NCBI GenBank assembly: GCA_965242695.1
Contig: CBDESU010000001.1
Coordinates: 2,016,001 to 2,080,000, forward strand
DNA from: Cenarchaeum sp.
GTDB lineage: Archaea > Thermoproteota > Nitrososphaeria > Nitrososphaerales > Nitrosopumilaceae
DNA: 64,000 bases
Direction of reading: 5' to 3'
The position numbers were made by a program, and so were the translations under genes. Of this stretch, positions 1 through 9,620 are shown in pieces; within the stretch, counting starts at the first letter, position 1, and every line of letters starts with the position of its first letter. The notes beneath the pieces are model-generated. The model had not been told where the DNA came from. It saw nothing but the letters and a program-made list of their open reading frames with translations, and ran no database searches.

Positions 1-502
1 TGTAGACGGCTTTCGCTATCAGTTGCTCCGAGACCCTATCACACGAGTCCGCCATGATTAACCCATACTCCGCCCCACTTGTGGTAGACAGGTAACGTTT
101 GAATCCCTTGACCAAGTCTATCCATGAGCGCTCAAGGGGCCAATGCCTACCATCCATGCCGATGTCCAAACTCTTATCGATGATTACGTTGATTATCTTG
201 ATATTAGAACTGGAGGCAAGATCAACGGTTCGGTCAAAAATTCTCATCTTGCCCTCTAACGCCAAGCCATACTTGTCTGAACGGAACAAACCGTTGCTGT
301 TCCATATCTCTTGTGCGTGCAGCTCCAGCTCGTTCGGGTTCGTGCCTGGAAAGAGATCCTGTTTTAAGCGAGCAATGTCATCCTGCAGGCGCTGGAGGTT
401 GGACTCGTGCACCACCACGCCCGACAGGACGTAAAACCCGGGATCCCTCGAGGGATCCACTGCCCTTCCCGAGCCCGACCCATCTGCAAACATCACGTAC
501 AC
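1..502 (-). CDS. DUF3800-like (RNase H-fold) protein, runs off the window start
   Basis: Not in the ORF track. Manual translation from GTG at 502: VYVMFADGSG...FYVLSGVVVHE...ELELHAQEIWN...EYGLIMADS, collinear with the paralogs at 44530 and 58545. Confidence 0.8.
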   Translation of the reverse strand, partial: MYVMFADGSGSGRAVDPSRDPGFYVLSGVVVHESNLQRLQDDIARLKQDLFPGTNPNELELHAQEIWNSNGLFRSDKYGLALEGKMRIFDRTVDLASSSNIKIINVIIDKSLDIGMDGRHWPLERSWIDLVKGFKRYLSTTSGAEYGLIMADSCDRVSEQLIAKAVY

Positions 503-556
503 GACGGCCGTCAACTTGCCGCGTTTATGAATGTACTCGCCGCCGCCGCTACGCCG

Positions 557-1480
557 TCAGCGGCGGCCCGCGCGCCCCTTCGTCCCGCCCTCCTCTGCCG
601 CGGGCGGCGGGGACCGAAGCAGGTGATCCTCGGCGCGCCGCAGGACGGACTTTGCATTCTCAAAGGTGGCCCGCCTCAGGCAGTCCTTGAAGCCGAGCCA
701 GTCGTACGCGACGTGCTCGTCGGACAGGGCGACCCTGCCGGTGCCGGTTCGCGCCAGGTAGAAAACGACCTTCTTGCGTATCGTCCTGCCCTCCGACCTG
801 AACCGGTACCGCACGGTCTCGGTGAAGCCCCCTATGAACTCTAGGTCTGATATGCCCGTCTCCTCTCGCGCCTCGCGCACCGCTGTCTCGTACAGCGTCT
901 CGCCCGGCTCGACCTTGCCCTTGACAAAGTCCCAGTGCCCCGATGGGTAGTGCAGGACGAGGTACCGCCTAGCATCCTCCCCGGCGCCGCCCCGGCGCCG
1001 CCTGCCGCGCACTTCTCGGAAGATCACGGCGCCGGCCGAGACGACCGAGCCTAGGGGCCTGGAGCCGCCGGCGGACGACTTGGCGCCGCGGGACGAGCCG
1101 CTGCGGCGGCGCGCACCGGCGGCGGCGCTGGCGCCCTTGGAAGTGGCGCCGGCGCGCCGGGTGCCCCCGCCCCGGGCGGCGCTGGCGGCGCCCTGCCGCC
1201 GACCGCGGCGCCCCTCAGTCCCCGCGCCGGCGCCAGTCTCGGATCTGGAGGCTCCCCCGCCGCGTGGAGAGCCCGGCGTGCGCACCTCTCGCACGAGCGG
1301 GTCGCGCCTTGGCGGCGCCGCGGCCTTGGCGGCGCCGCGGCCTTGGCGGCCCGCATCCTTGGCCCCAAGCCCGCCGCGGCGGCCCCCGCCGCGCCCTGTC
1401 GTCTTGGCGGCAGGCCTGCCGCGCCCGGCGCCCCCGCCCCCGCCGCGGCCGCCGCGCCCCCTCCCGCCGCGGCCAGTCAA
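557..1480 (-). CDS. NUDIX hydrolase (Ap4A hydrolase-like) with a low-complexity N-terminal extension; start uncertain
   Basis: SAGAVIFR...HYPSGHWDFVKGKVEPGETLYETAVREAREETG Nudix box; TTG start would overlap the uppS stop (TTGA). Confidence 0.85.
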   Translation of the reverse strand: MTGRGGRGRGGRGGGGGAGRGRPAAKTTGRGGGRRGGLGAKDAGRQGRGAAKAAAPPRRDPLVREVRTPGSPRGGGASRSETGAGAGTEGRRGRRQGAASAARGGGTRRAGATSKGASAAAGARRRSGSSRGAKSSAGGSRPLGSVVSAGAVIFREVRGRRRRGGAGEDARRYLVLHYPSGHWDFVKGKVEPGETLYETAVREAREETGISDLEFIGGFTETVRYRFRSEGRTIRKKVVFYLARTGTGRVALSDEHVAYDWLGFKDCLRRATFENAKSVLRRAEDHLLRSPPPAAEEGGTKGRAGRR

Positions 1481-2259
1481 CGCCCCGCCCGCCTCCTGCG
1501 CTTCTGGAACATGCGGATGGCCCGCATGAGGTCGATCTTGCGGAACTCGGGCCAAAAGATGTCCATGAACACGAGCTCGCTGTACGCGCTCTGCCAGAGC
1601 AGGAACCCGCTGAGCCGCTTCTCGCCGGACGTCCTGAGTACCATGTCCGGCGAGGGCTGCGGCAGGTGCGACGTGTACAGGTGCGACTCGATCGCCCCCT
1701 TGTCGATGTCCGTGACGGACATGTCGCCGCCGCGTATCTTTTCGCCGATCTTGCGGACCGCATCGACAAGCTCGTCCTGGCCGCCGTACGCTAGCGCCAG
1801 GTTGAGGAAGTGGTCGCTGTACCCCACGGTCGCCTCGTCGAGCCTTGCGAGCACGTCGCGGATCGACTGCGGCAGGAGCTCGACCCGCCCGAGCGCCGTC
1901 ACGCGCATGCGGGTGCGGTGTATGCGCGGGTCGCGGTACAGCTTTTCGAGCCTCTGCTCGATCAGCTCGTACAGGTGGTCCAGCTCGTCGTCCCTGCGGC
2001 CCAGGTTCTCGGCGGACAGGGCGTACAGCGTGATGATCTTTATGTCGAACTCCTCGCACCAGTCGAGGAGGTTCTCGACCGCATCGGCGCCGCGCCAGTG
2101 GCCCGCCCTTGCGAGGCCCAGGTTGCGGCTCGCCCAGCGGCGGTTGCCGTCGAGTATGAGCGCGACATGGTTGGGCATGCCGCCGTTTCGGATCTCGCTC
2201 TCCAGCCTCCTCGTGTACAGGCTGTACAGCCCCGACAAGTGCAGCGCCGCGTCCTTTAT
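1477..2259 (-). CDS. uppS: Polyprenyl (undecaprenyl) diphosphate synthase, cis-prenyltransferase; start uncertain
   Basis: PNHVALILDGNRRWA, YALSAEN, YGGQDE, RTSGEKRLSGFLLWQSAYSE motifs. Confidence 0.93.
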   Translation of the reverse strand: MKDAALHLSGLYSLYTRRLESEIRNGGMPNHVALILDGNRRWASRNLGLARAGHWRGADAVENLLDWCEEFDIKIITLYALSAENLGRRDDELDHLYELIEQRLEKLYRDPRIHRTRMRVTALGRVELLPQSIRDVLARLDEATVGYSDHFLNLALAYGGQDELVDAVRKIGEKIRGGDMSVTDIDKGAIESHLYTSHLPQPSPDMVLRTSGEKRLSGFLLWQSAYSELVFMDIFWPEFRKIDLMRAIRMFQKRRRRAGR

Positions 2260-2565
2260 GCCCGTGGTATGCCGCCCCCTAGCCCGCCCGGTAAGCGGGG
2301 CTATTTGTTGGTTGGGCGCCGCGCGGGGGCCGGCGCCGTTCCGATGCCGGGGGCGCGCCCGCCCCGCCTCCCGTCCGCTGCCCGCCCTCGCGGGCAGGAG
2401 GCGGGAAGCCAGGGCGATCGCAGTGGCCCGCCCGTCTCCCGTCCCCTGCCCGCCCCCGCGGGCGGGGCGCGGGCCGCGTGGCCCGGCGTGGCCGCGCCGC
2501 TCGCGGCGGGCCCGCCGCCCGCCGCCCGACCATCCAATAAAAGACGGGCGGGGCGCCGGGCGGCC

Positions 2566-3957
2566 GTGGCCGCGGCGCAGGGCAGGATTGTGCAGGGCGA
2601 TCGCCCCGGCGGGCCGCTGCCCGCGGACCTGTCCGACCGCATCGTGACCGACGTGCGCCTGACAAGAAGGCTCGTCTCGTACCAGGGAAACCGCGGCTCC
2701 CCGGGCCTGCGCTGGATGAGGTACAAGGAGGGATTCTCGGCCGATCTGGTAAGGGGCATCCTGGAAGAGGCCGGCGCAAGGAGGGTCCTCGATCCATTCT
2801 CCGGCATGGGAACGACGGCGCTGACCGCGTGCAGCATGGGCATCGAGTCGGTCGGCATGGACGTGATGCCGGTGGGCAACGAGGCCGCCAGGGCCATCAT
2901 TGCCGTTGCGATGGACATCGACGAGGCGGCGCTGCGGCGCGCCGCGGACGGGCTCGCGGCGTGCGTCGCAGGGGGCTCGGAAGGCGGGCGCGAAAGCCGG
3001 CCGTTCCCGCATGTGCGCATTACGCGCGGGGCGTTCCCCGCCGATACCGAGGCCGAGATCGGCAGGGCGCGGGCGTTCACGGCGGGCATCCCCGATCCGG
3101 CCGTCCGCGCCGTCCTCGACTTTGCCTGCATGAGCGTGCTCGAAGAGGTCAGCTACACGAGCAAGGACGGGCAGTTCCTGCGGTGGGACAGGCGGTCGGG
3201 CAGGGACGTCTCCGACAGGCTCAGGAAGGCGCGCATACCGGCCCTCGGGCCGGCGCTGTCCGCGCGGCTTGCGATGATCACGGCCGACGCCGGCGCCCTC
3301 AGGGAGAGGTACGGCGGCCCGCGGCCCGTCATACGCACGGTCTCGTCGCTCACGGGCCTCAGGGAGATGCGCAGCGGCTCGTTCGATGCGGTGGTGACGT
3401 CGCCCCCGTACGCGAACCGGTACGACTACACGCGGACGTACGCGCTAGAGCTCGCGTACATGGGGTACGGCGAGGAGGAGATCAGGGCCCTCAGGCAGGA
3501 CATGCTCACGGCCACCGTCGAGAACCGCCCCAAGGGCGGCGCGATAGCGGCCGCGTACGGCCGGTCGGCGCTCCCCTCCAGGGCGGCCGAGATGGCCGCC
3601 GGGTGCGGCCGCCTGCAGGGGGCGCTCGGGCTCCTGCGCGGCGAGATCAGGTCGCTCAACAACCCGCATATAGTGCGGCTCGTCGAGAACTACTTTGCGG
3701 AGATGGCGCTCGTAATAGCCGAGCTTGCACGGCTGGTGGGGCCCGGCGGCAGCGCCTTCATGGTAAACGACAACGTCAGGTACCACGGGATCGACGTGCC
3801 GGTCGACCTCGTCCTGTCCGAGTTCGCCGAGCGGGCTGGGTTCCGCTGCGAGTCGATAAGGGCCCTCAAGAGGGGCAAGGGCAACGCGAGCCAGCAGATG
3901 GGCAGGTTCGGGAGAAGGGAGATGCGCAAGTGCGTGTACCACTGGCGAAAGCCGTGA
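2566..3957 (+). CDS. Site-specific DNA methyltransferase (amino-MTase, N4-C/N6-A)
   Basis: Motif I VLDPFSGMGTT and motif IV TSPPY; AATAAAA box about 24 nt before the GTG. Confidence 0.88.
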   Translation: MAAAQGRIVQGDRPGGPLPADLSDRIVTDVRLTRRLVSYQGNRGSPGLRWMRYKEGFSADLVRGILEEAGARRVLDPFSGMGTTALTACSMGIESVGMDVMPVGNEAARAIIAVAMDIDEAALRRAADGLAACVAGGSEGGRESRPFPHVRITRGAFPADTEAEIGRARAFTAGIPDPAVRAVLDFACMSVLEEVSYTSKDGQFLRWDRRSGRDVSDRLRKARIPALGPALSARLAMITADAGALRERYGGPRPVIRTVSSLTGLREMRSGSFDAVVTSPPYANRYDYTRTYALELAYMGYGEEEIRALRQDMLTATVENRPKGGAIAAAYGRSALPSRAAEMAAGCGRLQGALGLLRGEIRSLNNPHIVRLVENYFAEMALVIAELARLVGPGGSAFMVNDNVRYHGIDVPVDLVLSEFAERAGFRCESIRALKRGKGNASQQMGRFGRREMRKCVYHWRKP

Positions 3958-4022
3958 GGGCCGCGCCGAGGGGGCCCGCTTGCCGCGCGCCCGCCGGCGC
4001 GGCGGGCCGGCGGAGGGAGGCG

Positions 4023-5342
4023 TCAGGCGCCGCGCGCCGCGGCCCGCTCGGCGTCGCCGTCGCCGCCCTGCTCCCGCGCCGGAGCGCGCTCCCCGTCGGC
4101 CGCCGCCGCGGCGGCGGCGCGGGCCGCGCGGGCGGCCCGGCGCCTCCGCCCCCCCGGGCGCGCGCCGCCCCGGAACTTCTTGAAGAGGACGGCGGCGGCG
4201 ATCAGGGTGGCCGCCAGCCCCGCCAGGAGCGGGGGGATCAGCGTAAACGAGCTCTCCCCGACGGCCATTATGGCCGTAAACTGCAGGGCGGCGGGGTACA
4301 GGGCTGCCAGGACGACGAGCCGCAGTATGTCTGTGATCTGGCGGCGCGCGCCGCCGAGCCAGTTGGCGATCAGCATGCCGGCAAACACGGCGCCTATCCC
4401 GATCCAAATGAGCGGAAGCGCCCCCGACAAAAACTGCCCGACGGCCTCGCGGTTGGCGACGGCCGACAGGGGATCCACCTCGCCGTCGCCGAACAGCCCC
4501 ATGTCGACGGTCGACAGCCCCGCCGGTATCGACGAGAGCATCAGCAGCACGCCGGCGGCGGCCATGAACGTGCGCACGAGGCCCGGCGGGGTCGGCTTGG
4601 CCCAGTTGGACCACGCGCGGTCGACGTCGAACGCCCGCACTAGCAGGGCGCCTCCCAGGACGCTGACCAGGACGGCGAACAGCTCGGTAGTGTACCCGAG
4701 GACGGTCGCCGCCCCGCCGACGAGCAGCAGCATGCCGGGCACGCCCAGGAAGAACTTGGAGTACTTTGAGTCGTACGCGGCCATCTTTAGGTACTTGCCG
4801 AGGACCGCGTACGAGTACTCTACGGACCGGCTCACCTTCATGACGACGCGCTTTACCGATATGACGGGCATGATGCCCTGTATGACGGGTATGACGCTCT
4901 CGTCGTCCTCGCCGTCAGAGACTATAACGGCGCCGGCGCCGGGGAACTTTTGCAGCAGGGCGCGCACCTCGGCGGCGACCTTTTCGTCTGCCTGCACGCC
5001 CCTGCTCTTGGTTCCGGCCACGGTCGCCACCTCTGCCTCGTACCCGCGGCTGACCAGGTCCTCGTACGTCTTGATGGCCGAGAATATGGCGTTAGAGTCG
5101 GCGTCCTCGGGGTCCTCGAGCGCGAGGCGCTGCGCGGCCTCTATGCACGCGTCGCGCCCGACGACGGGCGTCGCGATGCCGGCCTTTTGGCCCACGTCGT
5201 CGTCGCGGTCGACGCATATGACGAGGAGCGGCTGCCGGTGGCGCGACTCCTGCCTGCCGCCGTCGGGCATCTGCGGCGCCGCCTGGCCGGCCGCGGCCGC
5301 CGCGGCGCCCTCTTCCAGGCCGCCGGCCGCCGTCTGCGCCAT
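4023..5342 (-). CDS. DUF373 family membrane protein
   Basis: LVICVDRDDDVG...GRDACIEAAQRLALEDPEDADSN, VSDGEDDE; C-terminal TM helices. Confidence 0.88.
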   Translation of the reverse strand: MAQTAAGGLEEGAAAAAAGQAAPQMPDGGRQESRHRQPLLVICVDRDDDVGQKAGIATPVVGRDACIEAAQRLALEDPEDADSNAIFSAIKTYEDLVSRGYEAEVATVAGTKSRGVQADEKVAAEVRALLQKFPGAGAVIVSDGEDDESVIPVIQGIMPVISVKRVVMKVSRSVEYSYAVLGKYLKMAAYDSKYSKFFLGVPGMLLLVGGAATVLGYTTELFAVLVSVLGGALLVRAFDVDRAWSNWAKPTPPGLVRTFMAAAGVLLMLSSIPAGLSTVDMGLFGDGEVDPLSAVANREAVGQFLSGALPLIWIGIGAVFAGMLIANWLGGARRQITDILRLVVLAALYPAALQFTAIMAVGESSFTLIPPLLAGLAATLIAAAVLFKKFRGGARPGGRRRRAARAARAAAAAAADGERAPAREQGGDGDAERAAARGA

Positions 5343-5561
5343 GCGTTGCGGCGATCGCCGTGCCGTATTAACTTTGGCCGGGCGGGACCCGGCCTGGAAG
5401 TGGGGCGGAGCGAGGGCGGGCGGACGGGTGTTATCCGGCGCGCAGGCGCACGGCGGCGGCGGGTAGTATAGCCTCCGCAGGGTGGGCGGGCCCCGCGGTT
5501 CCCGCGCCGACATGCAGGGCGATTGGGGGGGAGGCGGCGCGCGTGCGCACAGCAGCCCGCA

Positions 5562-5572
5562 ACGGTTGATAT
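5562..5572 (+). promoter_or_regulatory. Conserved ACGGTTGATAT promoter motif (copy 1 of 4)
   Basis: Same 11-mer at 40082, 40939 and 41845, each 23-24 nt before a paralog start. Confidence 0.7.
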
Positions 5573-5595
5573 TCCGCCGCCTAGCGGGCGGCGCG

Positions 5596-6246
5596 ATGTC
5601 GCTCAGGGTGTACGACAGGTACAAGAAGGCCGGAATGCACTTCAACAACAAGCTCATGGAGTCAAAGTGCCTCGGCAAGGACGCGCTAGGCAGGGCGGGG
5701 GAGGCCCTCGGCATCAGGGACAAGTCGGGCACGATGGTCTTCAACTCCGAGCTCGAGATGCACGCGACGATGGACCTTGCCCTGTGCGACCTCAAGGGCA
5801 AGGACGGGAGGACCCCGGTGCAGGCATACATGGAGGACGTCGGGCCGGACGGCGAGATGGAGCGCGCCCTGCTCGAGGCGCGCATAAACTCGGCGACCTC
5901 GCTGTACAGGGTGGCCGGAGGCGACCCCGGCGGCGGGACCGTGGCCCTGTCCGACCTGCTGCACGGTGGCGGGGACGTGACCATACACGACAGGGGCCTG
6001 AGCCTGACGGCGGGGGCCGGGGCCGGGGGCGCCATCTTCATCCGCCTGTTCAGGTTCCCCGAGCTCAACACGGCATCGGGCATCGCGTTCGTCTTTTCTG
6101 AGGACAGGGTGCCGGCGATGGTCCGCAAGTACAACAAGATGAGGGAGAGGCCGGGCCGGCGCGGCCCCGTGTCGAGGTACGCGCTGTTCTTCAGGCTGCA
6201 CCGCAGGTACGGCGTCCCGAGCCTGTTTACCGACGAGGTGCTGTGA
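5596..6246 (+). CDS. Hypothetical protein, paralog 1 of a 4-member family
   Basis: Shares MDxALxD-K--G---VQAY-EDVGP, TSLxRV, LSD-L and GPxSRxALFFR with 40115, 40972 and 41878. Confidence 0.8.
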   Translation: MSLRVYDRYKKAGMHFNNKLMESKCLGKDALGRAGEALGIRDKSGTMVFNSELEMHATMDLALCDLKGKDGRTPVQAYMEDVGPDGEMERALLEARINSATSLYRVAGGDPGGGTVALSDLLHGGGDVTIHDRGLSLTAGAGAGGAIFIRLFRFPELNTASGIAFVFSEDRVPAMVRKYNKMRERPGRRGPVSRYALFFRLHRRYGVPSLFTDEVL

Positions 6247-6298
6247 CGGCGGCTGGGGGGAGGCGCGGGGCATGCGAGGGGCGCCGCCGCAGGCGCCG

Positions 6299-7975
6299 CT
6301 ACGGCAGTATCCTGACCGTCACGTACTTTGAGACCGTGACGTCGCCCGTCCGCGCGCCGAGCAGCAGCTGGTGGTCGGTCTCAAGGGCCGTCGCGCGCGC
6401 CGATATCGTAATCTCGGCATCCTGCGCGCCGGCAGAGCCGGCGGCGCCGCCTGCCGCCCCGAGCACGAACATGGCCGTGTCCGACCTCACCGTAATGTCC
6501 GAGAACTGCGACGTGTCGGCCTGCACGAACGATGCGCCGGCGGCGGGGCCCACCATGCCCGGCTGCTGCCCCGGCGGGTCAGAGGCGCCGGCATCGGCCG
6601 GCGCGACCGTCATCGTAAGCGTGGCAGTTCCGCCCTTTTCGACCTCGACCACGTCCGAGCTCGTGCGGACCTCGAACGGGAGCGGGACGGACGTGTCGAC
6701 TACGCCGATGTTGTTCTCGACCCACTCGGTGAACCATATCCGGTCGCCGTCGATGGCAAAGTCGAACGGCTGCGAGAGGCCGCAGTCTGCCAGGCCGCCG
6801 CAGTCGCCCCAGTTCGGGTTCCTCGAGGGTATGACGTACTCTACGAGCGTCGCCTCGGCGGGGTCGAGCACCGCGATGCGGTTGGCCGTCTGCTCGTTGA
6901 ACACGATGCGGCCGGCGTCGTCCAGGTCCGACCAGTACGGCCGCGATATGGGCGTCTTTATGATTCCGGACGCGTTGCCGAACGTGTTGCGCGGCGGCGG
7001 CGACGTCACGTACTGTGCAAACTCCCCGGTCGAGGGGTCGAACGCGAACAGGTAGCTGCTCGACGTGTCCATTATCCACACCCTCCCGTCGGCGCCGATC
7101 GTCACGCCGTTGGGCGTCGTCGACTCGCGCGGCAGCGCGTACCGCTCCATAAACTCGGACGGGTCGGCGCCGGCCGCGTCCGCGTAGGCCGGCCGGTCGA
7201 AGCGGACCAGTATCCGCTCTCCCTGGAATATCCAGTTCGTGTACCAGATGGCCCCGTCGGGGGCCACGTCGAACCCGCTCGTAAAGGCAGGATTCTCGCC
7301 GCCTGGCGCGCCGAGTCCGAGGGGGGACGGTATCGCGACCGCCGGCGCCTCCATGGCGTCGGCCGCCTTCACGGGGTCGATCAGCGTCAGCTTGCCGCCG
7401 GTGAAGTCGTTGACGACGAGCTCTGATCCGTGCGCCTCGATGCGCTGCGGCAGCGAGTCGGCCGACGGCGTGTAGAAGATGCGCTCGTACCGGGCGTCGC
7501 CGATGACGAACCGCCACAGCAGGTCGTTGGCCTCGTCCGTGTACCACAGCGAGCCGTCGGGCAGGTAGTCCATGCCCCACACCATCGAGCGGCCGCCCTG
7601 CGGCCAGAACACGTTGTCGTACTCGTTGAACAGCTCCGTGTCGGGGCTGAACCTTGCGATGCGGCCCGTGTTCGTCTCGGCGAACCACACGTTGCCGTCG
7701 GGGTCGACCTCGATGGCCAGCGGCTGCGTGCACTCGGTCGGCACGCGGTACTCGCGGACGAACCGGGTCGACGACGGCGGGTCCTCGCCGCCGCAAAACT
7801 GCGCCCGCTGCGCGTCCGGAAAGTTGTCGGCGGGCGTGCCCGTCACGGTCATCGGCTCGTCGGGGCCCGTCGGGAACAGGCCCGGTATCTGCGGCATGCT
7901 CGATGCCGTGGCCCAGAAGAGCAGGCTGCCGCCGAAGATGACTAGGAAGATCAGCCCCTTTGTCTGCTTTCTCAC
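6299..7975 (-). CDS. Virginiamycin B lyase (Vgb)-like beta-propeller protein with N-terminal signal/TM
   Basis: Repeated PLAIEVDPDGNVWFAE / DGSLWYT / DGAIWYT / DGRVWI blades; hydrophobic N-terminus. Confidence 0.8.
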   Translation of the reverse strand: MRKQTKGLIFLVIFGGSLLFWATASSMPQIPGLFPTGPDEPMTVTGTPADNFPDAQRAQFCGGEDPPSSTRFVREYRVPTECTQPLAIEVDPDGNVWFAETNTGRIARFSPDTELFNEYDNVFWPQGGRSMVWGMDYLPDGSLWYTDEANDLLWRFVIGDARYERIFYTPSADSLPQRIEAHGSELVVNDFTGGKLTLIDPVKAADAMEAPAVAIPSPLGLGAPGGENPAFTSGFDVAPDGAIWYTNWIFQGERILVRFDRPAYADAAGADPSEFMERYALPRESTTPNGVTIGADGRVWIMDTSSSYLFAFDPSTGEFAQYVTSPPPRNTFGNASGIIKTPISRPYWSDLDDAGRIVFNEQTANRIAVLDPAEATLVEYVIPSRNPNWGDCGGLADCGLSQPFDFAIDGDRIWFTEWVENNIGVVDTSVPLPFEVRTSSDVVEVEKGGTATLTMTVAPADAGASDPPGQQPGMVGPAAGASFVQADTSQFSDITVRSDTAMFVLGAAGGAAGSAGAQDAEITISARATALETDHQLLLGARTGDVTVSKYVTVRILP

Positions 7976-8352
7976 GCGCGCGCGCGGCCGGGCCGGGCAA
8001 TAATACCCTTTCAAGGCGTGGGCGCGGGCGGCGGCGATCGCCGTCCGGCGGGCGCGGGCGGCTGTCCACGGGCAGAGCGAGTGGGGCGCGGGCGGCGGCG
8101 CCTGCGGGCGGCCCGTCCCCTCCTGCGGCTCCGACGGAGGCCGCATATCCGCCCCTGAGCAGCCTCGTCTGCGGCAGGGCCACCCTCCAGCCTTCCCAGC
8201 CCAACGGAGCCGCGCCGCAAAGGTGCGCCCCTGCGGGCGGAGCGGCCGGCCGCCGCAGTTTCGTCGACAGTTGCCGGCCGCGCAGGGCACAGCCCGCCGC
8301 ACGATCACTAAAATAGGCGCAACATTTCTGGAGAGCGGAGAGGGAGAGGTCT

Positions 8353-9198
8353 TTGATCTGTAGGGAAGGACAAGTGTTGTCGAACGGCAGGCGATGCCGC
8401 AGCTACCGCAAGGATCTGCCGTGCACAAACCCCGTCATCCCGGCGGCGGGGAGACACGACTTGGCAGGTGTCGCGGTCATCAACTACGTGGCGCAGCGCC
8501 TCGGCTACGACACCGAAGAGTGCATACGGATGGCCTTGGAGGACGGCTATATAGAGCTGTACCACCGCAACCAGCACGGCTACAGGGAGTACGACACATA
8601 CCGCCTCACCGCCAAGGGGCGCAAGGCGCGCGACGAGCACACTAGGGAGGTGTTCCAGAGGTCGTCCGAGGTAGCAAAGCGCATAAAGGAGGAAAAGGAG
8701 AGAAGAAACGGCAGTATGTGGCCAGCCATAGCCGTGCCGAGTGGAAGGCCCCCTCTGCCCGCGGCGGGGGAATTGCCGCCTGAGTTGTTGCATTTTCAAA
8801 AGCAGGCCTTGAGGGCCTTGTCAGCGGCTCGCACTTTGGCGCATCGCCAAATCCTGCCGGGTTTGCCGGTGCCTGCCCGACATGATCCAAGAGGGCCGCC
8901 CCCTGTTAATCGCGCGCGCCGATCCCGTGTTCGCAGCATTGCGAGCGCTGGCAGGTCAGGATCCCCGCCCGATGCGCAACGCGGGTGCGCTCAGGTGCCA
9001 TGCACAAAGGGTGCAACGGGCAAGCGGGCGTGCCGGCGGCAGAATCGGCGTGCGCCGCAGTGGCCAGGCATCGCAAAAGCCCCTCGAGTGCGCCTGTTGC
9101 GCCGTCCCGGGCGCACAGCGGACATCCAAATCGACGGCAATGACGCCTCTGCCGGGCATCACAGAAGTGCGGTCAGAGCAGCCTCTGCCCGCCGGTGA
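8353..9198 (+). CDS. Hypothetical protein, possible winged-helix; only the first ~120 aa look coding
   Basis: LEDGYIE...YRLTAKGRK resembles a wHTH wing; C-terminal half is low complexity and overlaps the end of pth2. Confidence 0.35.
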   Translation: MICREGQVLSNGRRCRSYRKDLPCTNPVIPAAGRHDLAGVAVINYVAQRLGYDTEECIRMALEDGYIELYHRNQHGYREYDTYRLTAKGRKARDEHTREVFQRSSEVAKRIKEEKERRNGSMWPAIAVPSGRPPLPAAGELPPELLHFQKQALRALSAARTLAHRQILPGLPVPARHDPRGPPPVNRARRSRVRSIASAGRSGSPPDAQRGCAQVPCTKGATGKRACRRQNRRAPQWPGIAKAPRVRLLRRPGRTADIQIDGNDASAGHHRSAVRAASARR

Positions 9199-9544
9199 CC
9201 CGGTCGACGGCCGGCGCTGGCGCCGGTCCGAACCCGATGCACGTCACCGTCCCGGGATCGAGCTGCGTGCGGCCGGCGTCGGCGACCTCGGACCATGGCA
9301 TGCCCAGCTCGACGGCGCGCGCCTTGAGGTCCTGCAACTCCCTCGGGCCGGCAACCCGCACGACGACCTTGGCCTGCCCCGACTCGAGCCACGCCGCGGC
9401 CCATCCCGGGTGCGATGCCCGGACACGCTCGAGCGCCATGACCGCGGCATGCCCGACCTGGGCGGCGATCTTGCCGCGCCCCATTCCCAGGTCGGTCCGC
9501 ACGGCGACCGACAGCTTTAGCTCCCCGTCCCCGCCGAGTCCCAT
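9173..9544 (-). CDS. pth2: Peptidyl-tRNA hydrolase Pth2
   Basis: VRTDLGMGRGKIAAQVGHA, GQAKVVV, DAGRTQLDPGTVTCIGFGP. Confidence 0.95.
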   Translation of the reverse strand: MGLGGDGELKLSVAVRTDLGMGRGKIAAQVGHAAVMALERVRASHPGWAAAWLESGQAKVVVRVAGPRELQDLKARAVELGMPWSEVADAGRTQLDPGTVTCIGFGPAPAPAVDRVTGGQRLL

Positions 9545-9620
9545 GCCCGCATGCCGCACCCGCGCAACAAATACCTTTGAATAAATTGGCGCGCCACACG
9601 GCGGCGGCGGGCGGCCAGAA

